A stretch of 64,000 bases of DNA. It comes from Amphibalanus amphitrite (lineage: Eukaryota). The stretch lies in assembly GCF_019059575.1 (NCBI RefSeq), contig NW_024881521.1:601297-665296 (forward strand). Reading direction: 5' to 3'. Within the stretch, counting starts at the first letter, position 1, and every line of letters begins with the position of its first letter. The notes under the pieces were generated by a model. The model saw nothing but the letters and a program-made list of their open reading frames with translations. It did no database searches and was not told where the DNA came from. Positions 36,429-49,560 of the stretch are shown piece by piece. Both the position numbers and the translations under genes were made by a program.

Positions 36429-36587
36429 CATAGGCGTAGTTTCTGAAGGGCCGAGTGTAGGTCTGCGCGGTGGCGTGCAGGTACTCGGTGCCGTCCCGTT
36501 TGTCCCGGTATCCGCCTAAGAACGGTTTCTCGCCGTCTCCCGGCTCGATAGCCACCGAAATGGTCCGCCGTCCGCCGTCCTCCCCCT
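36429..36587 (-). CDS. probable exon (..GEDGGRRTISVAIEPGDGEKPFLGGYRDKRDGTEYLHATAQTYTRPFRNYAY)
   Basis: ctgtgcag acceptor, g|gtgagt donor; ORF 36268..36555. Confidence 0.5.
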
Positions 36588-37079
36588 CTGCACAGGACAG
36601 AGTGGCGAATAGGTCAGATATGTCACGCTGAACTCAGGGCAAGGTATTGGTTCAGTTCGTAAGGTATAGCTGATACCCTAGGAAGTGTCATTAAACTGTC
36701 GTTGAGAGGCACCCCAAGTAGCCAGCACCATGAATGAACAACATTCGCGTTTGCATAAGGCTTACCTTTACCAGGAGGCATGAATGGGGAATGCTTAGTC
36801 ATTAATTGAGCAAATCAAACCATCTAGAACGGTCAATAGACTGAGACACCAACTTGAAGTGTCCGGTATGACTCCACGCTTCTACGGTACAATTCTACGG
36901 TATTTCATGTGCAGATCTACCAAAAAGTAGTAAAAGATTGGGCAAAGACCATGCAACTACAAAGGACTAATCCCAAAACATAGCTCACAACCGAGTCTAC
37001 GAGAGGGGACCCTAAGACCTACCCTCCACAAGGCAGCTCACTGTGACTAACCTGCACGGCGGAAGCTCCGGGGACCGAC

Positions 37080-37257
37080 CTGTGTGCACGGTGACGGTCC
37101 GCACGCCGCCGCCGCCCGCTCCCGGGCCGTCAGACGAGGACGGTCGCCGGCGCACGATCCTCTCCAGCACATTCAGCACGAACCCGGGCTGTTCGAGGTC
37201 CAGTCCGGCCAGCACCAGACTGTCCGAGACCGGCTCCGTGCCAAGGTAGATCTCCAG
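37080..37257 (-). CDS. probable exon (LEIYLGTEPVSDSLVLAGLDLEQPGFVLNVLERIVRRRPSSSDGPGAGGGGVRTVTVHT); donor position uncertain
   Basis: tctcacag acceptor; weak gtcggt donor chosen for phase compatibility (alternative gttagt donor 27 nt downstream). Confidence 0.4.
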
Positions 37258-37454
37258 CTGTGAGACAATCACAAACGAGGATGGAAGGTCACAAGCAGAC
37301 TAAGACGATCTGACAAGTAACCTCACATCACTGTCTACGTAGAATTGCACAAACAACCACAATCGTAACATTTTTAACTGTAACATTGACTGTCACCGAA
37401 CAGTGGCTGTATTTATCCCGTTTAGCCGCCGTCCTGTGCCCCCACGCCACTCAC

Positions 37455-37622
37455 ATCATCCGGATGGTAGTTGAGGTCGCCAGCCAGCACGGCCAGCACC
37501 TCGCGCATGTTGTAGTTGATGTGGAGCTCCTTCACGAGGCGCCGGCCACCGGCCACCACGAACGGAATGGCAACCTTGGGCGCAGAGTTGGTCCGCTGCA
37601 GACTTCGGTGCACCCCAATACC
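37455..37622 (-). CDS. probable exon (GIGVHRSLQRTNSAPKVAIPFVVAGGRRLVKELHINYNMREVLAVLAGDLNYHPDD)
   Basis: cctccag acceptor, gat|gtgagt donor; 56 codons; looks like an enzyme/Rossmann-like segment, family not recognised. Confidence 0.5.
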
Positions 37623-40099
37623 CTGGAGGCGGGGACATGGAACTGAATGGTAAATAGGCTACTGAGGATGAGCCAGCTTCACTGCCTACTGCACAGATTG
37701 GCCTGGCACCATCCTGCCTGAACGGCAGTGACATGCAATTTGTATGTAATATTAATTCATTATGGCCAGTCACTGCAATTAAATTTTGAAAATTAGCAGA
37801 AGAATGGGTTAAGTTTGACTTTTACAAAAAGTTCACACTGAAAGCAGAATGGAACTCCTGGTCATATGTGAGAGGAATAACCTCAAACCACATTTTGAAA
37901 AATCCAGAGTATGCAGTATAAATGAATTGTCGTTCACAAAACGAGAAAAGTGCAAATGCATGGATCAATTTATAAAATATGATAGTGAAAGACAACAAAA
38001 CAATTATTACTGCATTCACAAAACCACAAAACTTACATTACGGTCTTGGTGAGTTGAGTTGACCGCCATCGTCACCCTCAGTCAGCTGGAATGTTGATCT
38101 CCAGATGGTTCACACTCTCCCTGAAAAGGATATTACAATCAATAACAAAGCTAAAGCTTAAGAGTCAAGTGTTAATTTTTTTTCAGCCCGGCAGGGTGGT
38201 CCATTAACTGATTTTTATCATGGCTAATCTTAGTCTCTACAGGCTGTCGCACGCAATACTGCTGGTCTTTGAATGATGGCCCACCAAGCCGATCCCGGGA
38301 CACGTCAGTCGTCCAAGCCCGCCAGTATTGGGGCGCGTCATTCGTCCCATCCCACCTGTCCCCGAGCCAGCACACGTCATTCGTTCCACCCTGAGGCCTG
38401 ACCTGACCCCAACGACACCGGGGCAAGTTATTCGTCCTCCGCCTATTGAACATTGGAGTTCGTAGGTTTGGGGCTTTCTGAGAAAATATGAAATTCATTT
38501 TTTTTAAAGGAGCGATAAATGAGATCCCATTGCAGGAAGCAGACAACAGGACCCAATCGCGTCCCCGCATCAGATACTTTTTCTCAAATCACGTCAGTCC
38601 CGCAGCTCAGTTGGTGGAGCGTTGAGCTCAACGGGTGACAGCCCGGTTTGTTCACATTCGCTTTTTGGATCGCGCGAGCGCTCCGTTCCTATGAAAGCAT
38701 CGCGCGACGCCTCACCCCACCATTGGAGACGCCATTTCTGGCGAATACGCGGCCGGGAGGCGAGGACGGAGCCAAACGCTCCATCGGTGCAGAGTCCACC
38801 GAGCAGCCCCAGCCGATTTCGGCGATATCGGCTAGCTGGCTGCAGTTTCGAGTAGTACCAGGCAAAGAAGCTAAACAGTATGATCATATTCATGCTGGAC
38901 ACCCAAAATGGAATGTGAGAGAGGATTTACATGCCTAACCAGAACAAACCCATTTGGGTCTTGACCCATTTGGGTCTTGATCAGCTTCCACATAATCAGT
39001 GCCCTACACTAGAGCTATCTTCCACTCTGACAGGATCCCCAAAATCTGCCCCACTGGCAGGAAGCCATGAAACTGTCTAGTGTCACTTGTCAGCATTCAT
39101 GAGTCAAGTGCACCAATGCCAATACCATTGAGCCCCAGTGTGTAAACCAGTACTTGCTGTGATATTATGCATGCTGGGTGCTGGCAGGGTAAGGGATAAG
39201 GGCTATGTTCAGCAGGGACATTGGCAATTGACAGTGTGAGGATACACTTTAGATTAATCAGTGCACTGCAGATCCAGACTGCAAAGCATGGCAATGTTAA
39301 TTGTTAATAGGATCTTGTCAGTGCACAGGCAAACAGGTGGTGCATGGTGCTGTGCTGATTTCCAATGTTGGAGTGTGGATTTTGCTTGGAGCTGTACAGC
39401 TGGCCCCAATGTGCCACTATACTGAACTGCTGTCCTTGCACATTCACGCCCACGGGCATCACTTTTCCAAAATTGGTAGGGCTCTAATGATCAATTATAG
39501 ATCAAAAACTCTTACTCTGACTCTGGGCAAAAGCAAAACTGCTGACTCCAACTGACTCAGACCCCGGCCCCTAGCGGCCATCCCTGACCCTGCAGTTGAT
39601 GACTCTGACTCCAACTCTGCAGCACTAGTTTTGATATCATAAGTGCATATATCTCGTGCATTTGGGGGCAAAAATTAATGGGTCCTGTTGGGTACAGCCT
39701 GGTGTGGCTTTCTGGTGTTTGGCATGGGCTGGTGCAGATTTGTCGAATGAGCTTGTGAGTGTCATTGTCTCTGTTGTCTCACTTTGCAGTGCAGGTGCAG
39801 TCTGCCCGGGCCCTGGAGAGTGGTCAACAGAACAGCCCAATTAACCATGAATCACAATGAAAATGCGGTATCGGTAAAGCTGGCGTCACCCTCACCTCGT
39901 TTACTCTTCTCGTTGGTTCCTGCATATCTTTGGAGTGGTTTCAAAGGACAGTCAGAGAGGAAATGAGGAACCCGCACTGCTCGAGACGCGCCAGTCATCA
40001 ACGGAAACAATGCACATGTTAACATTCGCTAAGAGAATGACTGGTATAGTGCGCCTCCGGTGACATTATTACCAAAACATTGTCAGGCTTTCTGGAGTT

Positions 40100-41100
40100 A
40101 TGCCTAGTTACATTGTTAGGTTACACAATTACAAAAGAAAACAATGTGTGTACATAGTCACAACATGGCATGATTCAGTCAACGTAAGAAAACAGTACAT
40201 CTGGAATGCAGGCATCCAACATTTTTTTTAAAGTTCTGTATACTTTGGGCATTCACCACATAATCTGGCAGCGAGTTCCACGTATCAATCACCCTCACTG
40301 AGAAAAAACGTTGTCTGGTGGACGTGTTACCGTGTGTGCGATGAATCTTGAAACTATGGCCTCTGGTGCGGTTCAAGGGAGTGGTAAGGAAAAGATCATC
40401 TGGAGAGATGAAGGACTGTCCATGGAAGATTTTCCAGCACAGGAGAAGATCGGCCCGCTTCAGTCTGCCCTGGACAGAGTACAATTGCAATGACTGGAGA
40501 CGATTAGCATAACTGAGAGTTTCAAGTCCAGAGATCCGTTTAGTCCAGCGTCGCTGCACCCTTTCCAGTAGCCGGAGGTCCTGCAGGTAACCTGTGTTCC
40601 AAAGGCTTGAACAATAGTCTAAGATAGGTCGGATGTGTGTTTTGAGCAAAAACAACATAAACTCCGGAGAGCGGCTTACCGTTGATCTGAGAAAGTTCTG
40701 AGCAAGACCGCCAGCTTTGTGGCACACGTTTTGAATATGGGTGTGAAATTTCAAATCAGTATCGACCGTGACTCCCAAATCTTTAGCTGAATTGGCCCGA
40801 GGGATTTCTCTGCCATTCAAGAAGTAAGCTGGAGCATCGCTATTGCGCCTCCTAGAAAAACTAAGGACTGCACATTTTGAGACATTCATATGAAGACCCC
40901 AAGATAGAGCAGTGTCGTGGAGTGAGTTGATGTCATCCTGGACACATTGGTGGGATACCGCTGGCGTCTCAGACAGTCGTGTATGATTCACGCATGCGTA
41001 AATCTTGAGGTCGTCAGTGAAAATTTTGTATTGGCACTTGAGGGTGGACGCCACACTATTAATATTGATATACACCAGGAAGAGTAAGGGCCCCAGGACA
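40100..41100 (-). mobile_element. 5'-truncated CR1/L2-like non-LTR retrotransposon fragment (RT C-terminus plus 3' UTR), same clade as 20.9-21.7 kb
   Basis: rc ORF 40179..41075: ..FTDDLKIYA..LSWGLHMNVSKCAVL..LERVQRRWTKRI..RTRGHSFKI..RVIDTWNSLP. Confidence 0.85.
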
Positions 41101-41243
41101 GAGCCCCACCATCACCACTAACAGCTAAATGTGTAGATGAAGTTAGAGTAAAACACATAATCTAACCTGACCTAGCCTTACCTACTTACCTACAACCTAC
41201 CAGCCTACACACTTTGAACCAACCAGCCTACAACCTACAAACC

Positions 41244-44200
41244 CAGTAGGCGGAACTATGGTCAAGCGTACCCATTTTCGGGAACGCATTTTCGTTCCCA
41301 TGTTTGGGAACGATAAACCCAAATATGGGAACGCCATGTAGGCATTATTTAAAACAAGAAAAAGAACCGTTAAATGACGTCCAAAAAAAAAAAAAAACGA
41401 TCGTGAACCGCCTGATATTTGTCCCAATATTGTTGGGAAAGAGTTTGATATTGTAAGGCCCATCGTAGTTTCAAATCGTTCCCCTATTTCTAAAGCAGTC
41501 CATCATCCGGGCCGCGAGCCCAAATTTGGGAACGCTCTCGTACACTGGCGCTGCAAGCGTTCCTTATTATGGGAACGGCGTACCCAAAATTGGGAACGAT
41601 TTCACCGACGCCTTTCAGGGGCTCTTTTCATTAACAAGCATCACGTCCAACGCCGCAAATTATTGTTAACGCAACAATCATCAGATGACCTTTCCGGCAA
41701 GACCGTCGCATGTTACGCCCGGTCTTCTGCGCTTTTATTCCCGTCGATCTCGCAGCGGGCACGCCCCCCTCTGCAGGATTACGTAGTTCACAACGCTCAG
41801 CGATGTTCAACAAGGTCTTCCATACCTATATCCACCGTCCGCGCCGAGGGTGGAGACATGTCAAGCACCTGTCTGTTTATCACCGATAGTTGACGAGCAC
41901 AAGGAAGTATCCAAAAATGGGAACGCTGAATATGTTACACCCTCAAAACACCTAGTCCCAATGAAAATCTAGTTTTTTCCTTTCTTGATGGGTGTAAGTG
42001 GCAAAAGGCCTGGTAGGATGGGCACGAGGAATGATCGAGATCAGCATAAAAATTATAAATAAGCCACACAAAGCGACCTATATAAGAGAAATTCCCCCAA
42101 AACGATCGTGCTTAGAAACACGGAAGACAAAAATCACGCTCATGACGCTCCTTATAAAACAACGCTTAAAGGGACTGTCCCACCTTAACATTAGATTTGA
42201 GTTGAGATAGCCATCTTGATGGACGTTCTTTGAAAATCAGTGCCGTGAAAACCGTTTCTCCAGCAATTACTTCATCGCAAAGAAATTTGAGTTTGATTTT
42301 GACATCTGTGCAAATAAGTGCCACAATGTATTGGTATAGGCACTTAAATCTGATGACGTCATCAGGCTTTCGAACGTCCGTTAAATGTTTGACTAAAACG
42401 TTTTGTAGCACGCGGTGGTATATGCTGCGTTGCGCGCAACAAATGCCGCACTTTTAAATAAAGTCGCTAGGAACAGCGGAGATCCCAAAAAGTAAACAAA
42501 AGTAAAAGTCTAATATCTTCAAAACCGGTGAATATTTTTCGGTGAAATTTGGTAGATATTCGTTTTCGCTCTTTCTGAACCGAGCGACATCACTTTCATG
42601 CCAATTCATAAACTTTTTTAAAGGTGGGAGGGTCCCTTTAACAGCTAGCATCCAAATAAAATATGTCTTTCCGGGATGATAAAATACAGCTGAATAATTT
42701 TAAACCACTGAAACCGAGTTTACAACAGTAGTTCGGTAAAATCACTGACGTTCCACGCGGTCGTGCGCCCCGACACCAAAAGTCAACAATATTACCTCGG
42801 GACTGTCCGCGTGTTCGCTTGCATATGTCAGCATCTGGTGTCGCTAGTATGAAACTTCATAACCAGGCGAAAATTATTGTACTTGACCTCAAAATGTAAA
42901 AAACGCTTCATTTTCCTTAAAATTGCAAGTTAAATGTAGTATAACCCATGTTTTCACCATTCCGTCATTTCAAAAAATCATTAAAAATATCATTCGACGG
43001 TCAATTTCCTTGTGCAACGGTCAGATTAAAGATAATTTTATAGAGACTTAGTACGTAACCGGACAAATCTTCGTATGGCAATTCTTCGTCGCGCAATTCC
43101 TCGTCCGCATTTCTTCGTCCGCAAATCTTCGTCGGCGCATTTATTCGTGTCGCATAACTTCGTCTCGCATTTCTTCGTAAGCGCAAATATTCGTAGCGCA
43201 TTTTTTCGTATCCGCATTTCTTCGTACGCGCATTTCTTCGTCAAGCATTTTTTCGTCCACGCATTTCTTCGTCTACGCAAATCTTCGTCCGCATTTCTTC
43301 GTCCACGCAAATCTTCGTCTGCGCATATCTTCGTCCGCAAATCTTCGTCCCCGCAAATCTTCGTCCGCAAATCTTCGTCCGCATTTTTTCGTCCACGCAT
43401 TTCTTCGTCTACGCAAATCTTCGTCCGCATTTCTTCGTCCAGCAAATCTTCGTCCCGGCAAATCTTCGTCCGCAAATCTTCGTCCGCCAAACTTCGTCCG
43501 CAAATCTTCGTCCGCAAATCTTCGTCCGCATTTTTCGTCCACGCATTTCTTCGTCCACGCAAATCTTCGTCCGCAAATCTTTGTCTGCGCATATTTTCGT
43601 CCGCAAACCTTTGTCTCCGCTATCTTCGTCTCCGCAAACATTCGTCCACAAATGTGGTTCAATAAAACCATGAAGAAATATCAGACCATCAAGTGATTGA
43701 CGAATTTAATGCATGGAATGGATGATCGAAACTTTTGAAGTCAGGTAGATGGGGTCTGTCCGGTGAAGCTATTGTATTTGGGAGCCGAGAATTGAAACAT
43801 TCCATATCATGTGTCCCGGACATTCTTTTTTCGCGGTCGATGAATGACAATACAATCTCTTGTACCCTCGCCGGCATAGGCGGCGGAACGGGGAGGGCAC
43901 CGGGGCACCGTTCCCCTCTTTAATTTTGGCCTTTTAACAGTAGCCCTATGGGCGTTGCATGGAAAGAATGGGACTAAAAGTCGGCAGTGCCGTGCCCCCC
44001 CCCCCCCCCTAATTGAATGTGTTCCGCCGCTACTGCTCGCCGGACCTATTTGTTTTCTACATATACGCCGGCCGAGGGGGGCGGGTACGACCCCCCCCCC
44101 CCCCCATCGCCGTTTCGCCACTGGTGGAGCTAGCGCGTCGCGGAAAAAACGAGCGTGTGCGCCGTTACGAGACGCAGAGGTTAATACCCGATTTTAAGGC

Positions 44201-45925
44201 CTTCTAGGTCAGGGGTCGGCTTACAGCCCGCGGGCCGGATCCGGCCAGGAGGGTGACGGTTGGATCCGGCCCGCGACCATCTGACGTCCGGCCCGCGCAA
44301 GTTTTGTCTAGAAGTAGAATTAGACAAAAACACCCGCAAATGGTGTTTATAAACTCATGAAGTGTGCGAAGGAAGAACTATTGTGCCAAAGCACATTTAA
44401 GTCACTTTTATATCGGAGTCGATTTCTGAAGGAACCGCGGGCCGGAACACGATGTAAGTCGATGATACCAGCCGCGGGCCGGACGTCAGATGGTCGCGGG
44501 CCGGATCGAACCGTCACCCTCCTGGCCGGATCCGGCCCGCGGGCCGTAAGCCGACCCCTGACCTAGAAGGCCTTAAAATCGGGTATTAATCTCTGCGTCT
44601 CGTAACGGCGCACACGCTCGTTTTTTTCCGCGACGCGCTAGCTCCACCAGTGGCGAAACGGCGATGGGGGGAAGGGGGGGGGGGTCGTGCCCGCCCCCCC
44701 CCCTCGGCCGGCGTATATGTAGAAAACAAATAGGTCCGGCGACGGCGAGCAGTAGCGGCGGAACACATTCAATTAGGGGGGGGGGGGGCTTGGCACTGCC
44801 GACTTTTAGTCCCATTCTTTCCATGCAACGCCCATAGGGCTACTGTTAAAAGGCCAAATTAAAGAGGGGAACGGTGCCCCGGTGCCCTCCCCGTTCCGCC
44901 GCCTATGCCGGCGAGGGTACAAGAGATTGTATTGTCATTCATCGACCGCGAAAAAAGAATGTCCGGGACACAAATGATATGGAATGTTTCAATTCTCGGC
45001 TCCCAAATACAATAGCTTCACCTGACAGACCTCATCTACCTGACTTCAAAAGTTTCGATCATCCATTCCATGCATTAAATTCGTCAATCACTTGATGGTC
45101 TGATATTTCTTCATGGTTTTATTGAACCACATTTGTGGACGAATGTTTGCGGAGACGAAGATAGCGGAGACAAAGGTTTGCGGACGAAAATATGCGCAGA
45201 CAAAGATTTGCGGACGAAGATTTGCGTGGACGAAGAAATGCGTGGACGAAAAATGCGGACGAAGATTTGCAGACGAAGATTTGCGGACGAAGTTTTGCGG
45301 ACGAAGATTTGCGGACGAAGATTTGCCGGGACGAAGATTTGCGTGGACGAAGAAATGCGGACGAAGATTTGCGTAGACGAAGAAATGCGTGGACGAAAAA
45401 ATGTGGACGAAGATTTGCGGACGAAGATTTGCGGGGACGAAGATTTGCGGACGAAGATATGCGCAGACGAAGATTTGCGTGGACGAAGAAATGCGGACGA
45501 AGATTTGCGTAGACGAAGAAATGCGTGGACGAAAAAATGCTTGACGAAGAAATGCGCGTACGAAGAAATGCGGATACGAAAAAATGCGCTACGAATATTT
45601 GCGCTTACTAAGAAATGCGAGACGAAGTTATGCGACACGAATAAATGCGCCGACGAAGATTTGCGGACGAAGAAATGCGGACGAAGAATTGCGCGACGAA
45701 GAAATGCCATACGAAGATTTGTCCTGGAATCGACTTAGTAGATACTTAAATTAGCGTGCACTTTTTTGAGACGTGATGCACTAATGAGTTTTAGTGGGCG
45801 AACGGCCGAAAAATTAACTTCCGTTCTCATAAATGGGAACGCCCGTTCCCATATTTGGGAACTCCGTTCCCAAAAATGGGAACGTTCCTATATTTGGGTA
45901 CTCATGACCATAGTTCCACCTACTG
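41244..45925. mobile_element. ~4.7 kb non-autonomous TIR DNA transposon; ~30-bp TIR CAGTAGG(C/T)GGAACTATGGTCA(A/T)G(C/A)GTACC and GGGAACG subterminal direct/inverted repeats
   Basis: left terminus 41244-41273 is the reverse complement of right terminus 45897-45925; multiple T(T/A)GGGAACG motifs at 41285-41620 and 45815-45890; no transposase ORF. Confidence 0.7.
43061..45735. repeat. Foldback-like long palindrome (~2.7 kb, arms ~1.3 kb, centre ~44390); arms consist of a minisatellite of ~12-13 bp units (cgcaaatcttcgtc / cgcatttcttcgtc); centre is itself a GC-rich hairpin
   Basis: 43061-44200 is the reverse complement of 44570-45735; the RKSSSA/ADEDLRTKICG 'ORFs' on both strands are translation artefacts of the tandem array. 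Confidence 0.85.
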
Positions 45926-48900
45926 AACCCACAACATAACCTACCTACCTACCGCCGACGGTGACGCCAGCTTTACCGATAGGTACCGAAAATGCTAGGA
46001 TACGTCAGCACCTCTGACCAGTCGTTAGATTTTTATCTACTTGGACTTCATCTTCACATTTAATAGTGTGTGCCCACAATTATCAATTCACACTTAACAC
46101 TGAAAATGTCATTGGTTAAAATCAAAATTGAAATAGACGCCAATCGCCATATCTACTCACCAGCCGCAGAGCGAGTGTAGGACGCCTCAGCAGTCAGCCT
46201 CCGTCGTCATCGTTATTTCGTCGAAGAAAACAAAGACGAAATGAGGGAAAACACCATTAATGCATTATGCATATTTAATGGAAAATATAAATATCCGGCA
46301 GTGTCTAGTACGTCCCCTCCCACTCTTTTTTCTCTCTTTGAAAAGACCAAGGCCCTATATGAAAAGACAAAAAATGTGTGAGCGCTCAGGGCCGAATACA
46401 ATGCAGTGTTCCAAATAAACTACAGAATAAATATGACGTCATAGGCTCGATCTTGTTTTGATCTGATATGACGTCACATAGAGTTTGGTACAAGACTGTG
46501 TAAACAGCATCGAGGCTATATAAACGATAAAGTTGATTTAAAGCTGACTAAAATATTTGACTTCTTAAGAAAAATTTAAAACTGTAGGCAGGCTTAAATT
46601 GATAACAGTTTTAAAAAAATGCATGCTGATCCTTAAACATCTCATTTGCCTTGCTACCTTTGCCATTTCAACGTTTTTTAAACAATTAAGCATAAGATAT
46701 CATAAACCAAGCTCTTTTTGGCAAAATAAGCAAAGCAAAGCATATCTATTCCATGATTTTTAACTTTCCAAAGAAATAACTTTTAAGTAATACGTCATTT
46801 ACAAAGGCTTATATTATCGTGATTGGCGCGATTTCTAAACTAATGCGCCATGGTCGTATAAATTTTCCCGCTGAGGATGCGCACACAACACACACATTTT
46901 GATATTTGCAATTGTGTAATTTGTTGATAATAAATGCACTATATTGATATAGTTATTGATCTGTATCCTTTCTTATATTATTGTTATTGTGCTATGTTAT
47001 TTATGTGCCTAGTACCTTCAGCAAAGGCTTTAAGCTGTTTCTGTGATGACATATGATCAGGGCCAGTGTTGGAAAAGTTGCCGTTTTCTGGTATCAGATG
47101 CGCCAGGAATTTTGTACTCCACTGGAAAATGACAATTTTTGTACTCCAATGACTACGCGTCCCACACAAATAAAAGGGTGTGAAATTTGACAATGAACTG
47201 CCCATACTCCCTTGTGTTACAGGTACCCAGTGGAAACACAGCTTCTGCAATAACTGCATCCCAGCCCGGGGGCCCAACCCAAGTCAGGGCAAAAACTACA
47301 AGTACAATGCACAGCATAATGAAGATCGAAGAGCCAAATATCCTGCATAACATCCACCAGCCGTGATGAACAACTACCAGAACTGATACTTGTACTGGTA
47401 CATTGCTGTGTTATGCTTAACAAATTTGAATTATGTGCTTACGTGGTCCTGTAGACAATGTACCTACATGAAATAAACATACATGCAAAGTGTTGTATTT
47501 TGTGAGCTTAATAACTAAGAATGACTTGCATTTGTGCCAAGTCCAAATCCAGGATGATGATGAGGTACAAAGTTATCAAAAACGCCATGGAGTACCTATT
47601 GGTCTGGACCAGGGTCTGGACTAAACGCTGCATGTGTACCTATCGTAATAGGGATCATAGGGATATCCGGATATCAACTCACAGGCCCGACCACAAAATG
47701 AATGAATATACGTCGCAAGGTATATAAAAACACTTTACTAATTACTATACAATAATACACTATACATCTCATTATGATGCGTCGTATATATTCCTATCTC
47801 CATGCCGCTACCTACCACAGCAAAAATAAGTGCGCAATGATTGTCTTTTTGTTAGAGATGATCAAGTCAGCACAGCTTCTGTGGAGTCGCTGATTCAGTT
47901 CTCCTAAGGATGGAATTTTAAATGGTTTATGATCGGGAGACGACTTGGAATCTTTCGACATTTGCATCGTAACTGTTGCTCAAATAATGATTGTTTGTGG
48001 TTTAAAAAAAGGAGAAAAATACAACCTTTCAAAATATGACCAATTTTTTCCAAATGAAATGCCGTAACTGTTAATATTGAAGATTTTCTGAACTGGAAAC
48101 TCGATGATAAAACTTAAAGTGCAGATCCAGTACTCCTTTGCCAATTGTATGCTCCACACAGCTCCGTTTCTCATGGCCCGGCTATGACAGATACAAAATT
48201 GAGCCTGCTTTCTGATGGTAGGCAGTTTTTGGCCAGAGGACCTATGGTTATTGTGAAATTGGTGTTCAAAGGCTGTACTCCGACCTCTGTCTCCGGGTCC
48301 TGTTGCCGTAGCGTAATCGCGATTCCGTGGTATGTGCTGTGCCAACTCTATCGGGCCGCTTATTTCGCCGCGCCGATATTTGTGCCGCTGGTGCCGCCGG
48401 CGGCGTTTTCCACATTTTCGAAGCTGGCTGAAGTAATTATATTTTCGTTTGTTTTCCATTGTTGCCTGTTTTCCATGCTATGAGTATAGTTGTAAGAACA
48501 ACCTAACAGGTTTTGTCTTTTGTAATTGTAATCAAGCGTGGGCCGTGGCCGTGGGCATTGGCATTAGCGGTGGGGTAAGTGAACGTTCCACTTTGATTTT
48601 GGTCTGGTTCCTTTCATGATAGTAAATAATAAATATGTACTATGATGACTATGATGATTGATTGATAATTTGACTGTTACCTGGAGTGGAGTTAATATCA
48701 CTATCATTAACCTCCCAATTGTCTTTGCTGATCTAGGTACTATCATTTCTCTGACCCTGAATCAGAATATTCATTCTTATTTTAAGTCATAAGCATGATT
48801 CAACAAAGTGAAGTCCTATACATAAGTTGTCTAACAAATTCAGATAATCTTGCTTTCAGTTATAGCTTGCATTTCATTATATTGCATGACTAAGTAGTGC

Positions 48901-49257
48901 TTCCTGGTGCATACGAGAGCACCAATTTTTGGTTCCAGACTCTCGTCCCTACTTCTAGCTGCTAACCTAATCCTTACTATGACCACTAACCACTCAGTTA
49001 TGATCACATGATACTTGCCACTCTCAACAAAAAAGTTCTAGTTGATCGTCTTGCTGCGTCACTCGATAAACATTGTTTTCCACACTGTATTGTTTATTCA
49101 CATGCTTACAATTCTACATACATAGGTACAAAGAAAAACACTGCACAAAAAAATACACTATGCAGACGCAATTGACCACCCCAACGCTGTACAGTTGTAC
49201 TCCACTGGCCCAAAAATTTTGTACTCCACTACCAGAACAAAAAAGTGAAATTCCAAC

Positions 49258-49560
49258 CCTGATCAGGGCTGCGGAGTCGATGGATTTTCGGCGACTCCGA
49301 CTCCGACTCCGGCTTTCAAAAACCAGCTCCGACTCCGACTCCGACTCCGGGCAGAATTGTCAACTCCGACCGACTCCAACTCCCAACTCCGACTCTGCAG
49401 ACCTAGCAGGGCTGCGGAGTCGACAGATTTTCGGTGACTCCGACTCCGGCTCGGGTTTCTAAAATCGACTCCGACTCCGACTCCGACTCTGGTCACAACT
49501 GTCGACTCCGACCGACTCCGACTCCGACTCCGACTCCGCAGCCCTGCATATGATCATGAC
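49258..49560. repeat. two tandem ~150-bp units, each bounded by inverted CAGGGCTGCGGAGTCG / CGACTCCGCAGCCCTG termini and filled with (GACTCC)n hexamer repeats
   Basis: direct reading; hairpin-forming minisatellite or MITE pair. Confidence 0.8.

Noticed and set aside
38595-38665. tRNA-like sequence (gcAGCTCAGTTGGTgGAGCGttgagctcaa..), possible tRNA gene or SINE head
   Set aside because: A D-arm-like motif is present, but the downstream region (ttgagctcaa) is a loop-less palindrome with no anticodon or T arm. At most it is a degenerate tRNA-derived SINE fragment and cannot be called.
43038-45738. Multiple 80-200-aa ORFs on both strands (RKSSSA.., ADEDLRTKICG.. repeats)
   Set aside because: Translations of the 12-bp minisatellite in the palindrome arms. 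Both strands and all frames are open because the repeat unit lacks stop codons.
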